From Octopus sinensis (Eukaryota): a stretch of DNA of 64,000 bases. The stretch is taken from positions 620,001 through 684,000 of the forward strand of contig NC_043017.1 in the NCBI RefSeq assembly GCF_006345805.1, written 5' to 3'. The stretch's first letter is position 1. The number at the start of each line of letters is the position of its first letter. The translations under genes were made by a program, and so were the position numbers. The notes under the pieces were generated by a model. The model was not told where the DNA came from, did no database searches, and saw only the letters and a list, made by a program, of their open reading frames with translations. Shown here piece by piece: positions 27,180 through 40,129 of the stretch.

Positions 27180-27460
27180 GGAGGTGCAATGGCCCAGTGG
27201 ACTCGCGGTCGTAGGTTCGCCGTTTCGATTCCCAGACCGGGCGTGGTGAGTGTTTATTTAGCGAAAACACCTAAAGCTCCACGAGGCACCGGCAGGGGGT
27301 TGTGGCGACCCCTGCTATGCTCTTTCACTACAACTTTCTCTCACTCTTCTGTTGGTCTGTTCGCTTACCCAGCGGGATGGCGTCACTTGAAGGCTAAAAC
27401 AATGCGAAGCGCATTGTGACCAGCGATGTGTAGCAACATCTGATAGCCTGGCCGGTCACG
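27180..27460 (+). mobile_element. tRNA-derived SINE family C
   Basis: A box TGGCCCAGTGG, B-box-like GTTTCGATTCC, about 280-bp body ending ..CATCTGATAGCCTGGCCGGTCACG, between TA tracts. Confidence 0.7.
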
Positions 27461-28869
27461 TTATATATAGATATGTGTGTGTCTGTGTGTGCGCGTGTAA
27501 GCATATATATTTACATGGGTGTGTATGTATATGCTGTATGAGTGGACGCACGTTCACACATTAAAACTCGTCTATAGTCTCCTCACTGTGTGGCACATAC
27601 ATGCAAGCTCAGCCGCTTGCACAAATTGTAATAATGAATAACTACCCCTGAGGTTGCCAGTTAATCAACCGCGAAACACGGCTGGGTAATCTCCCTTTTT
27701 ACCCCGTGTGTGAAATGAATAACGACATTAATTTCTATCCGTTGCAAGTTACACAAACTTCGGATCAGAAAACAGCAGGCTAATTCCCCAAAACCTATGT
27801 ATCTGTGTACAACTGAGCGTACATTTAGTACGTATGTATTGTATTTGGCACTAACATATGTTTAAACGTCCTTGATTTCAGATACTTGTCTGTCTTAGTG
27901 TATTTTCTTTTGATTTAAGCTAATTATCACATTTGTAATCAAAAGTTATTCGTACCTTTACCAAAACTTTTCTTTTGTTGGCAGCCCAGCCTCCAACGTT
28001 AGCGTACGAGTGACTCCAAATTTCAAGCCTTGTGCCTTTAGTAGAAATGATTATTTAGTTGGCAGTCATCGGTACGCAGCAGCGTTATTGTTGAAATTGT
28101 AAACAAAAGTATAAAATCTTGTTAGATTTATTTGTCTGGATTACTCTCAACTGACGAAGCAAAACGATCTCGAAACACCGGTTGTGCTAGAATCTCTGTA
28201 CGCTAACGAATTTTGTGTGTTACGCAGAGACCTTCATTTGAAAGGATAAAATTGTTCTCTAATGATGAAATACAGCAGCGATTAGTATTCACGTTTGAAC
28301 CAGCCGGAACATACTACGAATGAATATGCATGTCCTCGTTTAGATGTTCGCTGTTAACCGTACAACTGACGTTTTTATTATAATAATCCTGACTTTCCTA
28401 AAAATTATGGCGGTTGCAGAACGATAAAGTTTAAAAAATAAAATTTATTGTAGAAAGGAGAATGAATGCGAACACACATCTTTCTCTTAAAATACTTGAT
28501 CGAAAAGAGATGCATTTATTTTGAAGTTTATGATTGCAGTGAGAAATACATTTCTGATAATGTTTCTCCTCTAATGATAGGGATTTCGGAGGGGAATGCG
28601 ATAAATCAACATGCTATGAACGTCTAGCAATATTAAAAAACACTAACTAAATGACTTCTACACACCAGCGCTAAGTCTCCTTGGACTCTGGTTTTTATTT
28701 CAGAAAGTTAAAATTATTGACCATAAACGCCTAAGAGTGGATACGGGCTTTTGCATTCTGCTGTCCGTATCGATATTTCACTAAAATAACCGAATTTTTT
28801 CTTCCTGCGCATATTCCAGCCTGTCAATAAAAATACGAATTGCAATAACTTTATATTGGTTTCAAGTTT

Positions 28870-29040
28870 TTTTGGAAGAAGGCCAACAATTTAGGAGAGT
28901 GGATAAGTCGATTACGTCGACCCCAATGATAAACTGGTACTCATTTTATCGACCCCGAAATGATGAAAGGCCAAAGGTTGGAGGAAATGTCACTAAATAT
29001 TTTGCCTGCGCGTTTAACGATTCTGCCAGCGCGCCTCCTT
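28870..29040 (-). mobile_element. SINE family A, decayed
   Basis: GTCGATTACGTCGACCCC..TTTATCGACCCCGAAA..AACGATTCTGCCAG. Confidence 0.75.
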
Positions 29041-29096
29041 ATTTTTGATAACTCCTTACCGTGTCAACAGACCACTGCCTTATTTTGCTAGCTCCT

Positions 29097-29323
29097 TGCC
29101 GAATCATATAGACTCATAGTGCAGGTTTCGCGGATTCTCTGGCGTATATATTCCCCGCCGGTCCGTTGCAGGGTTAATATTTTTTTGCTGGCTTAGTGAT
29201 CAAGAGCAATATGAAATGGAAGTGGTTTACTCAAGAATACAATGCATTACCCGCTTTAGGAATCGAGACCATAATTTTATGATCATGAGTCCAACACTCT
29301 AAACCACTGAGCCATGTGCCTCC
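29097..29323 (-). mobile_element. SINE family D
   Basis: Head GGAGGCACATGGCTCAGTGGTTTAGAG..TCGATTCC; body matches 56030-56238. Confidence 0.75.
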
Positions 29324-29488
<165 letters not shown>

Positions 29489-29496
29489 GCTGCGAA

Positions 29497-29890
29497 GGCG
29501 GTGAACTGGCACGCCGGGCGAAATGCTTAGCGGTATTTCGTCTGCCGCTACGTTCTGGGTTCAAATTCCGCCGAGGTCGACTTTGCCTTTCATCCTTTCG
29601 GGGTCAATAAATTGAGAACCAGTTACACGCTGGGGTCGATGTAATCGACTTAATCCCTCTATCTGTCTTTGTTTGTCCTCTCTATGTTTAGCCCCTTGTG
29701 AGCAATAAACAAAATAAGAATCGTTAGCACGCCGAACAGAGTGCTTAGCGGGATTTCGATTGTCTTCACGTTCTAATTTCGAATTCTGCTCAGATTGACT
29801 TTGCCTTTCATTCTTTTGGGGTCAATAAAATATGTGCCAGTTGAGCACAAGGGCCGTTTTAATTGTCTTCCTTCTCCCCTCAAAATCTCT
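29497..29890 (+). mobile_element. SINE family A dimer (unit + 65-bp linker + truncated unit)
   Basis: Full unit 29497-29655, linker TGTCTTTGTTTGTCC..TAGCCCCTTG, second unit from GAATCGTTAGCACG. A further decayed unit lies near 29980-30070. Confidence 0.85.
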
Positions 29891-30136
29891 GGCCATAAAT
29901 CTCCCTAGCCATAAATATAAAGGATAAGAATCAAGCAGCTGGTGAAGGTGAAGTGGCTTAATAGCTTGCGCATAGAAGAGAAATGCTTAGATAGATACAG
30001 AATACGTTCTAGCTCACCGGGTTCTGCGTTCAAATCTCGCATCAGTTAACTTTGTCATACAATCCTTCGGCGATTAGAAAACTGAAAGAGAAAGTTGACC
30101 TATAAGACGTACATGTCAAGGGCAGGCAAAATTTAT

Positions 30137-30230
30137 AAACATCACCTTGGAGAATGCAGAGGGGCTGGCACAAGACCGTCAGCGATGGAAAATAGAATGC
30201 TGGTGGACCTGCTCGGCTCTAAGCATGATG
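30137..30230 (+). mobile_element. RTE LINE 3' terminal fragment
   Basis: ITLENAEGLAQDRQRW, the typical AQDRxRW C-terminal motif of RTE ORFs. Confidence 0.55.
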
Positions 30231-30639
30231 TCACCTCTAAGTATGATGCTTCTGGGACCACCAACTTTGAATGACCCAAGCCCCATCAAAGAAGAGCATG
30301 AAGCCAAATGCCAACAAGTGTAATGCAAGTTTTAGCTCTCCGCTCTCTGAGTTCGAATTCTACCGAGGTAAAATCTGCTTGTCATTTCTTCGGGGGCGAT
30401 AAAGCAAATAACGTCATCGGCATCGTTGTCCTCATCAACATTACCACCATTTTCGTCATTGTCATAATTGTGGTTATCATCGTCGTAATCGCCATCATCA
30501 TCACCACCACCACCACCACCACCACCACAATCATCATCATCAACATCATCATCATAAAATAGTAGCTGAGGTTTCATCCAAGCATAGCTCAAAAACAGCT
30601 GCGCTGACATTGAGAGTATTTGTTTTTCTAATATTTAAA

Positions 30640-30790
30640 CACATGCACGGCTGTATGGTACCAAGTTTGCTTCCTAACCACATGATTTTTGAGTTCAGTC
30701 CTACTGCTTGGAACATTAGGCAAGTGTGTTTTACTATAGCCCCGGGACGGCCAAAGCCTTGTGAATGAATTTGGTAGAGAGAAACTGAAA
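30640..30790 (+). mobile_element. SINE family B, 5' half
   Basis: GCTTCCTAACCACATG..GGCAAGTGTG..TACTATAGCCCCGGG..AAAGCCTTGTG. Confidence 0.75.
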
Positions 30791-31039
30791 ATTAAGGGGG
30801 CAATTATAATCTTGGATATCACTTCATCAGTTTTTCCTTTAGATACCTGGCTGGCGTAGTGATTCAGTTAACTGAAGAAACGTCGAGTGAACTCCAACAT
30901 ATTATATTTGTACGTATTTATGTAGAATAAAGAATATTTGTTTACTGAAACGATCGTAACATCGATTTGAATTTCTTTTCTTCATTTAAACTATTATTTT
31001 ATATGCATATACATGTGCGTGCATGTCCTTAAACCTCTG

Positions 31040-31250
31040 TGCTTGTCACCGCTCACCCACCGCTTCATAAGCGGTGTTGTTTTGTTTACGTTTCCATAAT
31101 CCTTTCGGCAATGAAAATCTCATAAAATAAATACAAGACTTAAAAAAAAAAAAAAAAAATAAAGTACTGCGATCAATTTGTTCGCCCATATTGGGTGCCC
31201 CAGTATGGCCGCAAACCAAAGACTGCAACAAGTAAAAGATGAAAGATTTG
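31040..31250 (+). mobile_element. SINE family B, 3' half
   Basis: GGTGTTGTTTTGTTTACGT..GGTGCCCCAGTATGGCCGCA..AAGTAAAAGATGAAAGA. Confidence 0.65.
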
Positions 31251-31559
31251 TTCTCTCCTCTCTCTGTTTTATTCCTCAGACGAACATTATTATTAATTCC
31301 AGATATCAAAGTAAAAGAAAAAGCACTAAAATATTTCGAAAACTTAATTAGAGAGTAAAAAAAAAAAAGAAAAGAATAATTCGCAGAGATTCTTAACGAA
31401 TGAGAAAAAGCGAATGAGTAAAAAAACACAAGAATGAAGTGGAATGGATAAAATAAAGAGTTGGACAGATTTCAGATTTCAGAGTTTATTGGATGAGGAG
31501 AGCAGAAGAACTGAGATAGAGACCCATGATATGAAAAGCGGTGAGAATAGATGCTAGCA

Positions 31560-32054
31560 GATAGGAAGATGATGATGGTGATGGTGGTGAGGTTGGTGAT
31601 GACGAGGATGACAATAAGGGTGTGGATGATGACAATGATGATGATAATGATGATGATGATGATGACGATGATGACGATGATGTTAATGATGGATGTTGTG
31701 GTGATGGTGATGATCATGGAAAGGATGGCGATGTTGATGATGATAATGATGATGACGATGAAGGTGTATGAGAGGTGGTGGTGATGATGGTGCCAACGAT
31801 GATGAGGATGTGGAAGAAGAAGGAGAAGAAGAAGGAGGAGGAGAAGAAAAAGAAGAAGGAGAAGAAGAAGAAGACGACGACGACGACGAAGAAATTTAGA
31901 CAAAATAATAATCGACAAAACAACCCTTTGACCAACCTGCTGATGATAATAACGATGGTGATGATGATGAAGTTGATGATGATGACTAAGAACATTATCA
32001 TAATCATCACCATCATCCTCAACGACGTCATCAATATCATCATCATCATCAGCC

Positions 32055-32105
<51 letters not shown>

Positions 32106-32150
32106 ACATCATCGTCTACTTCCCTCTTCGTCGCCAACATCATCATCTCT
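31560..32150. repeat. Compound (GAT/GAA/CAT)n tract
   Basis: Direct reading. Confidence 0.9.
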
Positions 32151-33132
32151 GTTCTATTTTCAAGCTTCTTTATATTTCCCAAGGACATTAGAAAAAAAAA
32201 TATTTAAGAAAATGAAAAAGAAAGAAAGAAACCAAGCGGAGTAAAGAATAGGAGATGAGAGAGAGAGTGAGGGAGAGAGAGAGAGAGAGAGTGAAAAGAA
32301 GCATATAAAAATTGAGATAGTGCAAAGGGAGATAGATGGAGAGAGTAAGAAGAAAGGTAGGAAGGGAAGACAGAAAGAGAGAAAGAAAGAAAAGAAGAAA
32401 AAAAGAAAGGAAGAAGGAAAGGAAGAAAGAAAGAAAGGAAGAAAGGGTAAGTGTTAGCACACACGATCGCTGCGACAGTTATTTAGCACCTTAATTTCAT
32501 CAGTTCTGCGTGACGGTAAGGACCAACGGTAAGTGATACCACGTGACACCTCTCAGCGGACAGTAGAGCTAAATTTGCATACAGCAGCAACAACAACAAC
32601 AACAACAGTTTAAACAAAAAACACACATTATGCGCTCTGAAAAGAATTAAAAGAAGCAAAAATAAATAAATAAAAAATAAATAAAAAAAACAAGAAACAA
32701 AATATTCAAGAAAAATAACACGAGCAACAAAAATAAAACGTATAAAAAACGAAAAATAAGAATAAAAAACATACAAAAAACTTAAAACCAAAGCACTTTT
32801 GTGGAACTTTCATTATTTGTGTTATTACGAAGAGGTTTTTTTTCTGGTATTCTTCGCCTTCTTTTGCAGTAAATTCGTAATAAGTTAACTCTTCGATGCA
32901 GTCTCGATTCACAGTCGAAGCTAATGAATTACAATTCTTTATCTAATGTCTGACTGTCCTCTTGTTATTTCAAACAGCATAAACTTCACCACATCATATA
33001 TACCTAAACAAAGAGGTACCCGTATTTTATGGTTCACTTTCATAAGAGATGTTTAGACTATGTCGAAAGGAAACGAAATATGATTATTTATTGGGCTACA
33101 GATTTTCGTTATGTATATACGTTATACACGAA

Positions 33133-33134
<2 letters not shown>

Positions 33135-33190
<56 letters not shown>

Positions 33191-33191
33191 C

Positions 33192-33278
<87 letters not shown>
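33135..33278. repeat. (TATC)n microsatellite
   Basis: Direct reading. Confidence 0.97.
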
Positions 33279-33551
33279 ATAATTATATAAACATACGTTC
33301 ATATGAACATGTATGTGTATGAGATAAATCCTGGCAAGACAACAAGGACCAGTCTTATAAAACTGGACCCAATTCTTGTGTCCGTCTACATATACATACA
33401 TGCATACAAACATACATGCATACATAATGAGCATATCTAGATATGCAACTATATGTAAGAGAATTCCTACATAAAGCAAAACATAGAAATCTACACATAT
33501 GCATACATACGTACATACATGAATGCATACATACATACAGGCAAAAATAAC

Positions 33552-33680
33552 CTGTTGTCAATGTTGAAATTCCAATGGAGGAGGCTTGAATCTAGGTTAG
33601 AAACCGGCTCTTTCTCTATTAGCAAGAAATCTTCAAATAAAACTGAACAATGTCATACATGCATACATGCATTCATACAT
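33552..33680 (+). mobile_element. 3' end of an unidentified retroelement with (ACAT)n tail
   Basis: Same sequence as 20188-20305 in the opposite orientation. Confidence 0.6.
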
Positions 33681-33967
33681 ACACAACTTCTCTTCCCTCT
33701 ATCCCCATACGAAGGAGACATAGGAAGTGTTGCTATGGCAACGGAGGTAAAGTAGGTTGAGTGCAGCCGCTTGACACAGATTGAGCTCGGACCCTGTCGC
33801 ATGGATGCCAGACTTCAAGGTCAAACTAATCCAAGTAGTTATAACATTCTCGCTCACTCGTGTTGTTTAGAGCAGTGCTTGGTAGTAAAGTGTGTAGAGT
33901 GTGTAGAGTGTGGTCGTCTCGAAAAGAAGATCGGTCCTCTGCAGCACAGGATCTCCCCGATTCTAAC

Positions 33968-34447
33968 TTTTATCTTTTACTTGTTTCAGTCATTAGACCG
34001 CGGCCATGCTGGAGCACTCCTTTGAATTTTTAGTCGAATGAATCGACTCCAGTACTTATTTCTTTAAGCCTAGTACGTATTCTCGGGGTCTCTTTAAACG
34101 AACCAATTTATGGGGATGTAAACACACCAACACCGGTGTTCATGCGGTGATGGGGACAAACGGAGATACAAAGACACACACACATAATACACACACACAC
34201 ACACAAAACACACATACACACACATAATACACACACACACTCAAAACACACATACACACACATGATACACACACACACACATGCAACAGACATCTTTCAG
34301 TTTCCGTCTACCAAATCCACTCACAAAGTTTTGGTCGACCCGTAGCTATAGTGGAAGACACTTGCCTATAGTGCCAAGCAGTAAGACTGAACATAGAACT
34401 ATGTGGTTAGGAAGCAAGCTGCTTACCACACAGCCACTCCTGCGCCT
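33968..34447 (-). mobile_element. Full-length SINE family B with internal (CA)n tract
   Basis: Head (GGCGCAGGAGTGGCTGTGTGGTAAG) at 34447, CORE-like segment, internal TG/CA tract 34170-34285, 3' tail at 33968. Confidence 0.88.
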
Positions 34448-34465
34448 ACTGTGGCGACGAAGAAA

Positions 34466-34680
34466 GGCGGCGAGCTGGCAAAAACCTTGGCATGCCGGAC
34501 GAAGTGCTTAGCCGTATTTCGCCCGTTGCTACGTTCTGAGTTCAAATTCCGCCGAGATCGACTTCGACTTTCATCCTTTCGGCGTCGATAAATTGAGTAC
34601 CAGTTGCGTACCGGGGCCGATGAAATCGACTGTCCCCTCCCCCAAAATTTCAGGCCTTGTGCCTATAGTAGAAATGATTG
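34466..34680 (+). mobile_element. SINE family A, full unit
   Basis: GGCGGCGAGCTGGCA..GAGTTCAAATTCCGCCGAG..TCATCCTTTCGG..GGCCTTGTGCC. Confidence 0.88.
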
Positions 34681-35016
34681 TGTCGAGGAAGATGAAAATT
34701 TTTTTAAAAACGGTCTTAACAGGTCACTAAGCTCGGTCAGTGGTTATGTCCCAGAAACCAAGCCTCAGTCTTCGAGGAGGAAAACCCCCATCAAGATTTC
34801 GAGATGTCGAGGAAATCCAAAGGAAAGCGACGTAACGGCTGCTCATTATCTCTAAAAAGGCAGTTCCAGGAATGCTTCCATTCATGGAAACGACGCTGGA
34901 TGGAGAGTGTGGCTTCAGAAAGGGACCAATTCGAAGGAGATTCGATGACGAATTTTTATATTAAATGGTTTTCGTTTTTATCGCACCAACGCCGGGATTT
35001 TTGTTCATGCCTTGTA
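34681..35016 (+). mobile_element. Internally deleted mariner relic with 3' TIR
   Basis: DENFFKTVLTG..GYVPETKPQSS joined to RFRDVEEIQRK..FQECFHSWKRRW..FEGD. End ..TTTTTGTTCATGCCTTG-TA. Confidence 0.75.
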
Positions 35017-35353
35017 TGCACATTATGAAATATGATAAATTACATAATGGATAATACGTACGTCATTGGAGATAAATATAATTATATACTTGTTTTATGT
35101 ATCTAATCATATGCATGGATATAATAGATATACACACGCACACACCCACGCACACACACATATATATGTAATCATGTATATATATATATATATATACACA
35201 TCTATCTATCTGTCTATCTATCTGTCTATCTAAAAACCTCTCTCACATCCTCATTGCCTGCCTAATTGTCTGTCCGTCTGTCTGTCTATCTGACTGTCTG
35301 TCTCTCTGTCTCTCTTTCTCTCTATATACATATATGTATATATGTATATATAT

Positions 35354-35409
<56 letters not shown>

Positions 35410-35567
35410 TCACAGACATACGTATTAACATATGTACGTACATACATATATTGAAGTACGCCATTATAGATATATTCAAATAAATCATATAAATAATTAT
35501 ATTTATGTATAATATACACGCAAAGAAGTATAGATAGGTAAATGGACAAACATAGCTAGCTAGATAG

Positions 35568-35628
<61 letters not shown>

Positions 35629-35694
35629 TATATATATAATATATAATATATGTATATTATATATATATTATATATATGTATATATATATATGTA

Positions 35695-35968
<274 letters not shown>

Positions 35969-36470
35969 AGTAGGAGCGGGGCAGAAGTGTAGTGGGCGTA
36001 CAATCAAATTATATACATATACAAATCAATGAATAAAAGCATCTGTACAATACATTAAATCTATTTACCAATATAATACAATATAAATATAATTTAATGC
36101 AGTAATTTATATAAATGAAACATAATAATACATAGACATACCATAGATAAACAACCATATATGTATGTATGTATGTACACAAATAATTACTGCATTAAAT
36201 TATAACAAAAATACAATATGGTAGCATATTAATATTATAAAGTACAATAAAGCATGTCAGTATGTATGGCTCTATATATGTATGTATGTTAGTTAGTATA
36301 AATATATATATAAATATTTACACACGCGCATGCGCAGACATACTCACATGCATAACACTGCAATTAACTTGGTACATGAGTACGCAACTGCACAAGAGCG
36401 CTGTATAGTAACATATGAATAAAACACACACAAACACACAAACATATAAAAGTGCTTCATAATTGTTTCA

Positions 36471-36640
36471 AATTTTGGCACAGAAGGGAGCAGGGGTGTC
36501 ACTCGATGTCATCGATCCTCGTACTTGAATGGTACTTTATTTTATTGACCCCTGAACGATCAAAGACAAAATTGATTGAGGTGAGATTTGAAACTAGAGC
36601 CTAAAAAGCAAGTAGAAATACTACATGATATTTGGCTTTG
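36471..36640 (-). mobile_element. SINE family A, strongly decayed
   Basis: TCGATGTCATCGATCC..GGTACTTTATTTTATTGACCCC..GATTTGAAACT. Confidence 0.6.
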
Positions 36641-36777
36641 TGTTATTAGGGCAAGAGTGAGTATGAACTTTAGGAATGCGAAGAGTATTCAACGTGTGTA
36701 TCTGTAGGAGTACGAATTGAGTATTTGATGAGCGAGGAATAAACAAACAAGGAAGGTTATCCTCAATCCAAAGGGCT

Positions 36778-37805
36778 GCCTATAATATTACGCCAGAATA
36801 ATTCCACCTAGGGAAAAATGCCTCGCTGCCTGGCCCTTATGAAACAAGGTAAGAAAGCTATGCCTGTCCCTCAAGGAATATGAAACAGGGTGAGCTGCAG
36901 CAAAATGACCCAATTTGTCTCGCATCTCGTGTAATGACCTTGCGACCATTTCATCAATTCGCAGCAGGGGTGTTTAATTTTACGACCCCCCCCCCCGAAA
37001 GGATTAAAGCAAAAATTGAATTCAACAGCGTTTTAACTCAGAGTCATGAACGATGGAATAAGCATGAAAAAAGTAAGTTTTAAACGTTTGAACCTTTATT
37101 ATTCACTTCCTGCTGCGTGAGGAGTAGAAAAATGCACAAGAAAAATTATTGCCAATACACAGACATGCCTTCAATATTGCACCAGAATAATCACCACCCA
37201 GGGAAAACAAGGACCTCGCTGCTTGGTCCTTATTAAACGAGCTGAGAAAGCTATGCCTATGAATCACAGTGAGCTGCGATAAATTAAACTCGCATTTCGT
37301 CCAGTACTCTTAGGATCATTCCATCAATATGCAGCAAAAGTGTTTGATTTTTATCGACCCTCGAAAGGATAAAAGCGAAAACTGAATTCAACAGGGCTTG
37401 AACTCAGAGCCACGGAGGCCAGAACAAATACAAAAAAGTTATGTTTTGAAGGTGTGTACCTGTATTGTTCAAAACCTGTGACGTAAGGAATAGAAAAGAA
37501 AAACAAGGATTACCACCAATACACAGATTTGCCTTCAATATTGCGTCAGAATAATCACACAGGGGATAAAAGACCTCACTGCTAGGCCCTTATAGCAAAA
37601 GGTAAGAAAGCTATTATTATCCTTCAAGGAATATAAAACAATGAAATGCAACAAAATAGTCCAATGCTCTTACAAGCATTCCATCAATCCACAACAAGGG
37701 TATTTGATTTTTATCGATCGCATCCGAAAGGATAAAAGCGAAAACTGAATTCAACAGGGTTTGAACTCAGAGCAACGAAGACCAGAACAAAGAGGCGAAA
37801 AGTAG
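36778..37805. repeat. Three diverged tandem units of about 365-390 bp
   Basis: Unit starts GCC..AATATT.C.CCAGAATAAT at 36778, 37167 and 37531. Each unit has AAGAAAGCTAT and TTTTA.CGAC..GAAAGGAT.AAAGC.AAAA.TGAATTCAACAG. Confidence 0.85.
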
Positions 37806-38511
37806 GTTTTTTCTTACTAAGCTTTAAAGTTTCACTGCCTTCAAGATTGATCAGTTCCACCATCGTCACCATCAGCACCGCCTGCAGCATCACCGTCCCC
37901 ACCGTCGCTTAGGTTCTTGAGCAATATTTCAAATAATTCGAATTTGCGTGGAAGTTTCAATAGAGAAAAGATATAGTTACACTTATAACTAATACCGAGG
38001 CCACAGGTGCAACAACATCAACAAGAAAATTAACAATACAACCACAACCACCACAACAACAATAACAACAACAACTTAGACCACTGTCACCGAAACTACT
38101 ACTACCACAACAACAACCACAACCGCCCTCACTACATCTACCACCAATACCACCAGAGCTAGCATCAACATCTTCATCACATAATCATACCACCACCACC
38201 ACCACCACCACCAGCAAAAACAAATACTACTACTACTACTACAAACCACCACGATCATCATCCTTACCATCACCTCCACCAATATTATAACCAACAGTAA
38301 TACTATCCTCCTTACCACTACAACTACCACGACAGTCCTCCTCCTCCTCCTCCTCCTCCTCCTCCTATTCCTCGTCATTAACAACATTATCGTTTTGTGT
38401 GCTTATTTATGCATCGTTTATCGATCCTCGGTTTCAATGGTTGATTTTCATAACCTATCCAGTGTGACACTCGACAGTAAGATTTAGAGATATTGAATTA
38501 TGATATACCTG

Positions 38512-38568
<57 letters not shown>

Positions 38569-38872
38569 AAATATATATATATGTATATATATTATATATA
38601 TATATACCCAACACATAACATACATACATACATGCATACATACATGTACAGATATATACACGTCATTGGGAGAGGGACAGATAAAGTTGGATACTGCACA
38701 TTAGCCTACGCATGCGCGCATTATATATACCCACAGATACGACCTATGTAAAAAGTATATATGTGTATCTAGGCATAAACGTACACATGCATGCAATTAT
38801 ATATATATATCTATACATATAATTGCATCTATATGTTTAGCTGTACGCATACATGCGTAACGCTTTATATAT

Positions 38873-38924
<52 letters not shown>

Positions 38925-39018
38925 ATATATATAATGTATGTACAACGCACACGCACAAGCACATACATAATACAAATATACACGCGCGCACACACATGTA
39001 AGTATAAGCACACGTATA

Positions 39019-39077
<59 letters not shown>

Positions 39078-39081
39078 ATAT

Positions 39082-39142
<61 letters not shown>

Positions 39143-39176
39143 GTATATATAGCTGTAAGTATGTTTATTATATTTA

Positions 39177-39358
39177 TCAATATTTCCATCCATCCAAACC
39201 AGTTGAATTGCTGTTGTCCAATAACTTGTCTATTAATGTTCGTAAACGGAAAACAATTTTGTTTGTCTTCTCCAGCATCAGAAGGTCATCTTTCAAAGTG
39301 ATACTTGCTTGAAACAGCTGAAGGGGCTGTGAAGGCACAGAGCAGGGAGCAGATGTAT
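39177..39358 (-). CDS. Candidate host coding exon, product unknown
   Basis: Acceptor TTGGTTATATTTTAG, then 59 open codons [68 protein letters not shown] lies 8 nt after the stop. An alternative donor G/GTTTGG at 39200 gives a 159-nt phase 1-1 exon. No partner exon identified. Confidence 0.3.
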
Positions 39359-39639
39359 CTAAAATATAACCAATAAATTGCCGATTTCGCTATTTCGTGT
39401 CTACCGAATACTTCTTCATGTATTGTTTTGATATCGTTTTGATATCGACGTTTTTGGTAATCAATGATCACTTGTTTATACAATAAGTATTCATTGTGGC
39501 CGTGTATACGTTGGCATATGTAAATTGAATATATATATATATATATGTATATGTATGTATGTATGTATATGTATATATGTGTGTGTGTTTGTATCTGTGT
39601 ATGCATATATATTTATTATCTATACACCTGTTTATATAA

Positions 39640-39742
<103 letters not shown>

Positions 39743-40129
39743 ATGTCTATCTATATATATATATATATATATATATTCCTACATATACAAGTATGTAGAT
39801 TCATATATATATATCGGTGTATGTATGCATATGTGTGTGTGCTTGTGTGTGTATACATGTAAATTCCTGCGTATTTAATAATTTCTTTCAGTCTCCGACT
39901 CTATCTCTGTCTGTCTGTCTGTCTGCCTGTGTGTGTGTGTATATTATATATATATATATATATATATATGCGCGCGCGCGCGTGTGTGTGCATATATGTG
40001 TACAAGATTAAACGTATGATGTACAAACGGAAAAACGTATCTTGAAACGATGCACTTAAAACTGGAGGAGTTTGACAACAATGTAAATAATGAGTGACGC
40101 TGAATATACAGAGACTTTGCACATTCTTC

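Noticed and set aside
30872-30884. CTGAAGAAACGTC
   Set aside because: No stem II and no supporting flank pairing.
39276-39360. Plus-strand exon after the strong acceptor TTTTGTTTGTCTTCTCCAG
   Set aside because: All three frames hit stops before any credible donor.
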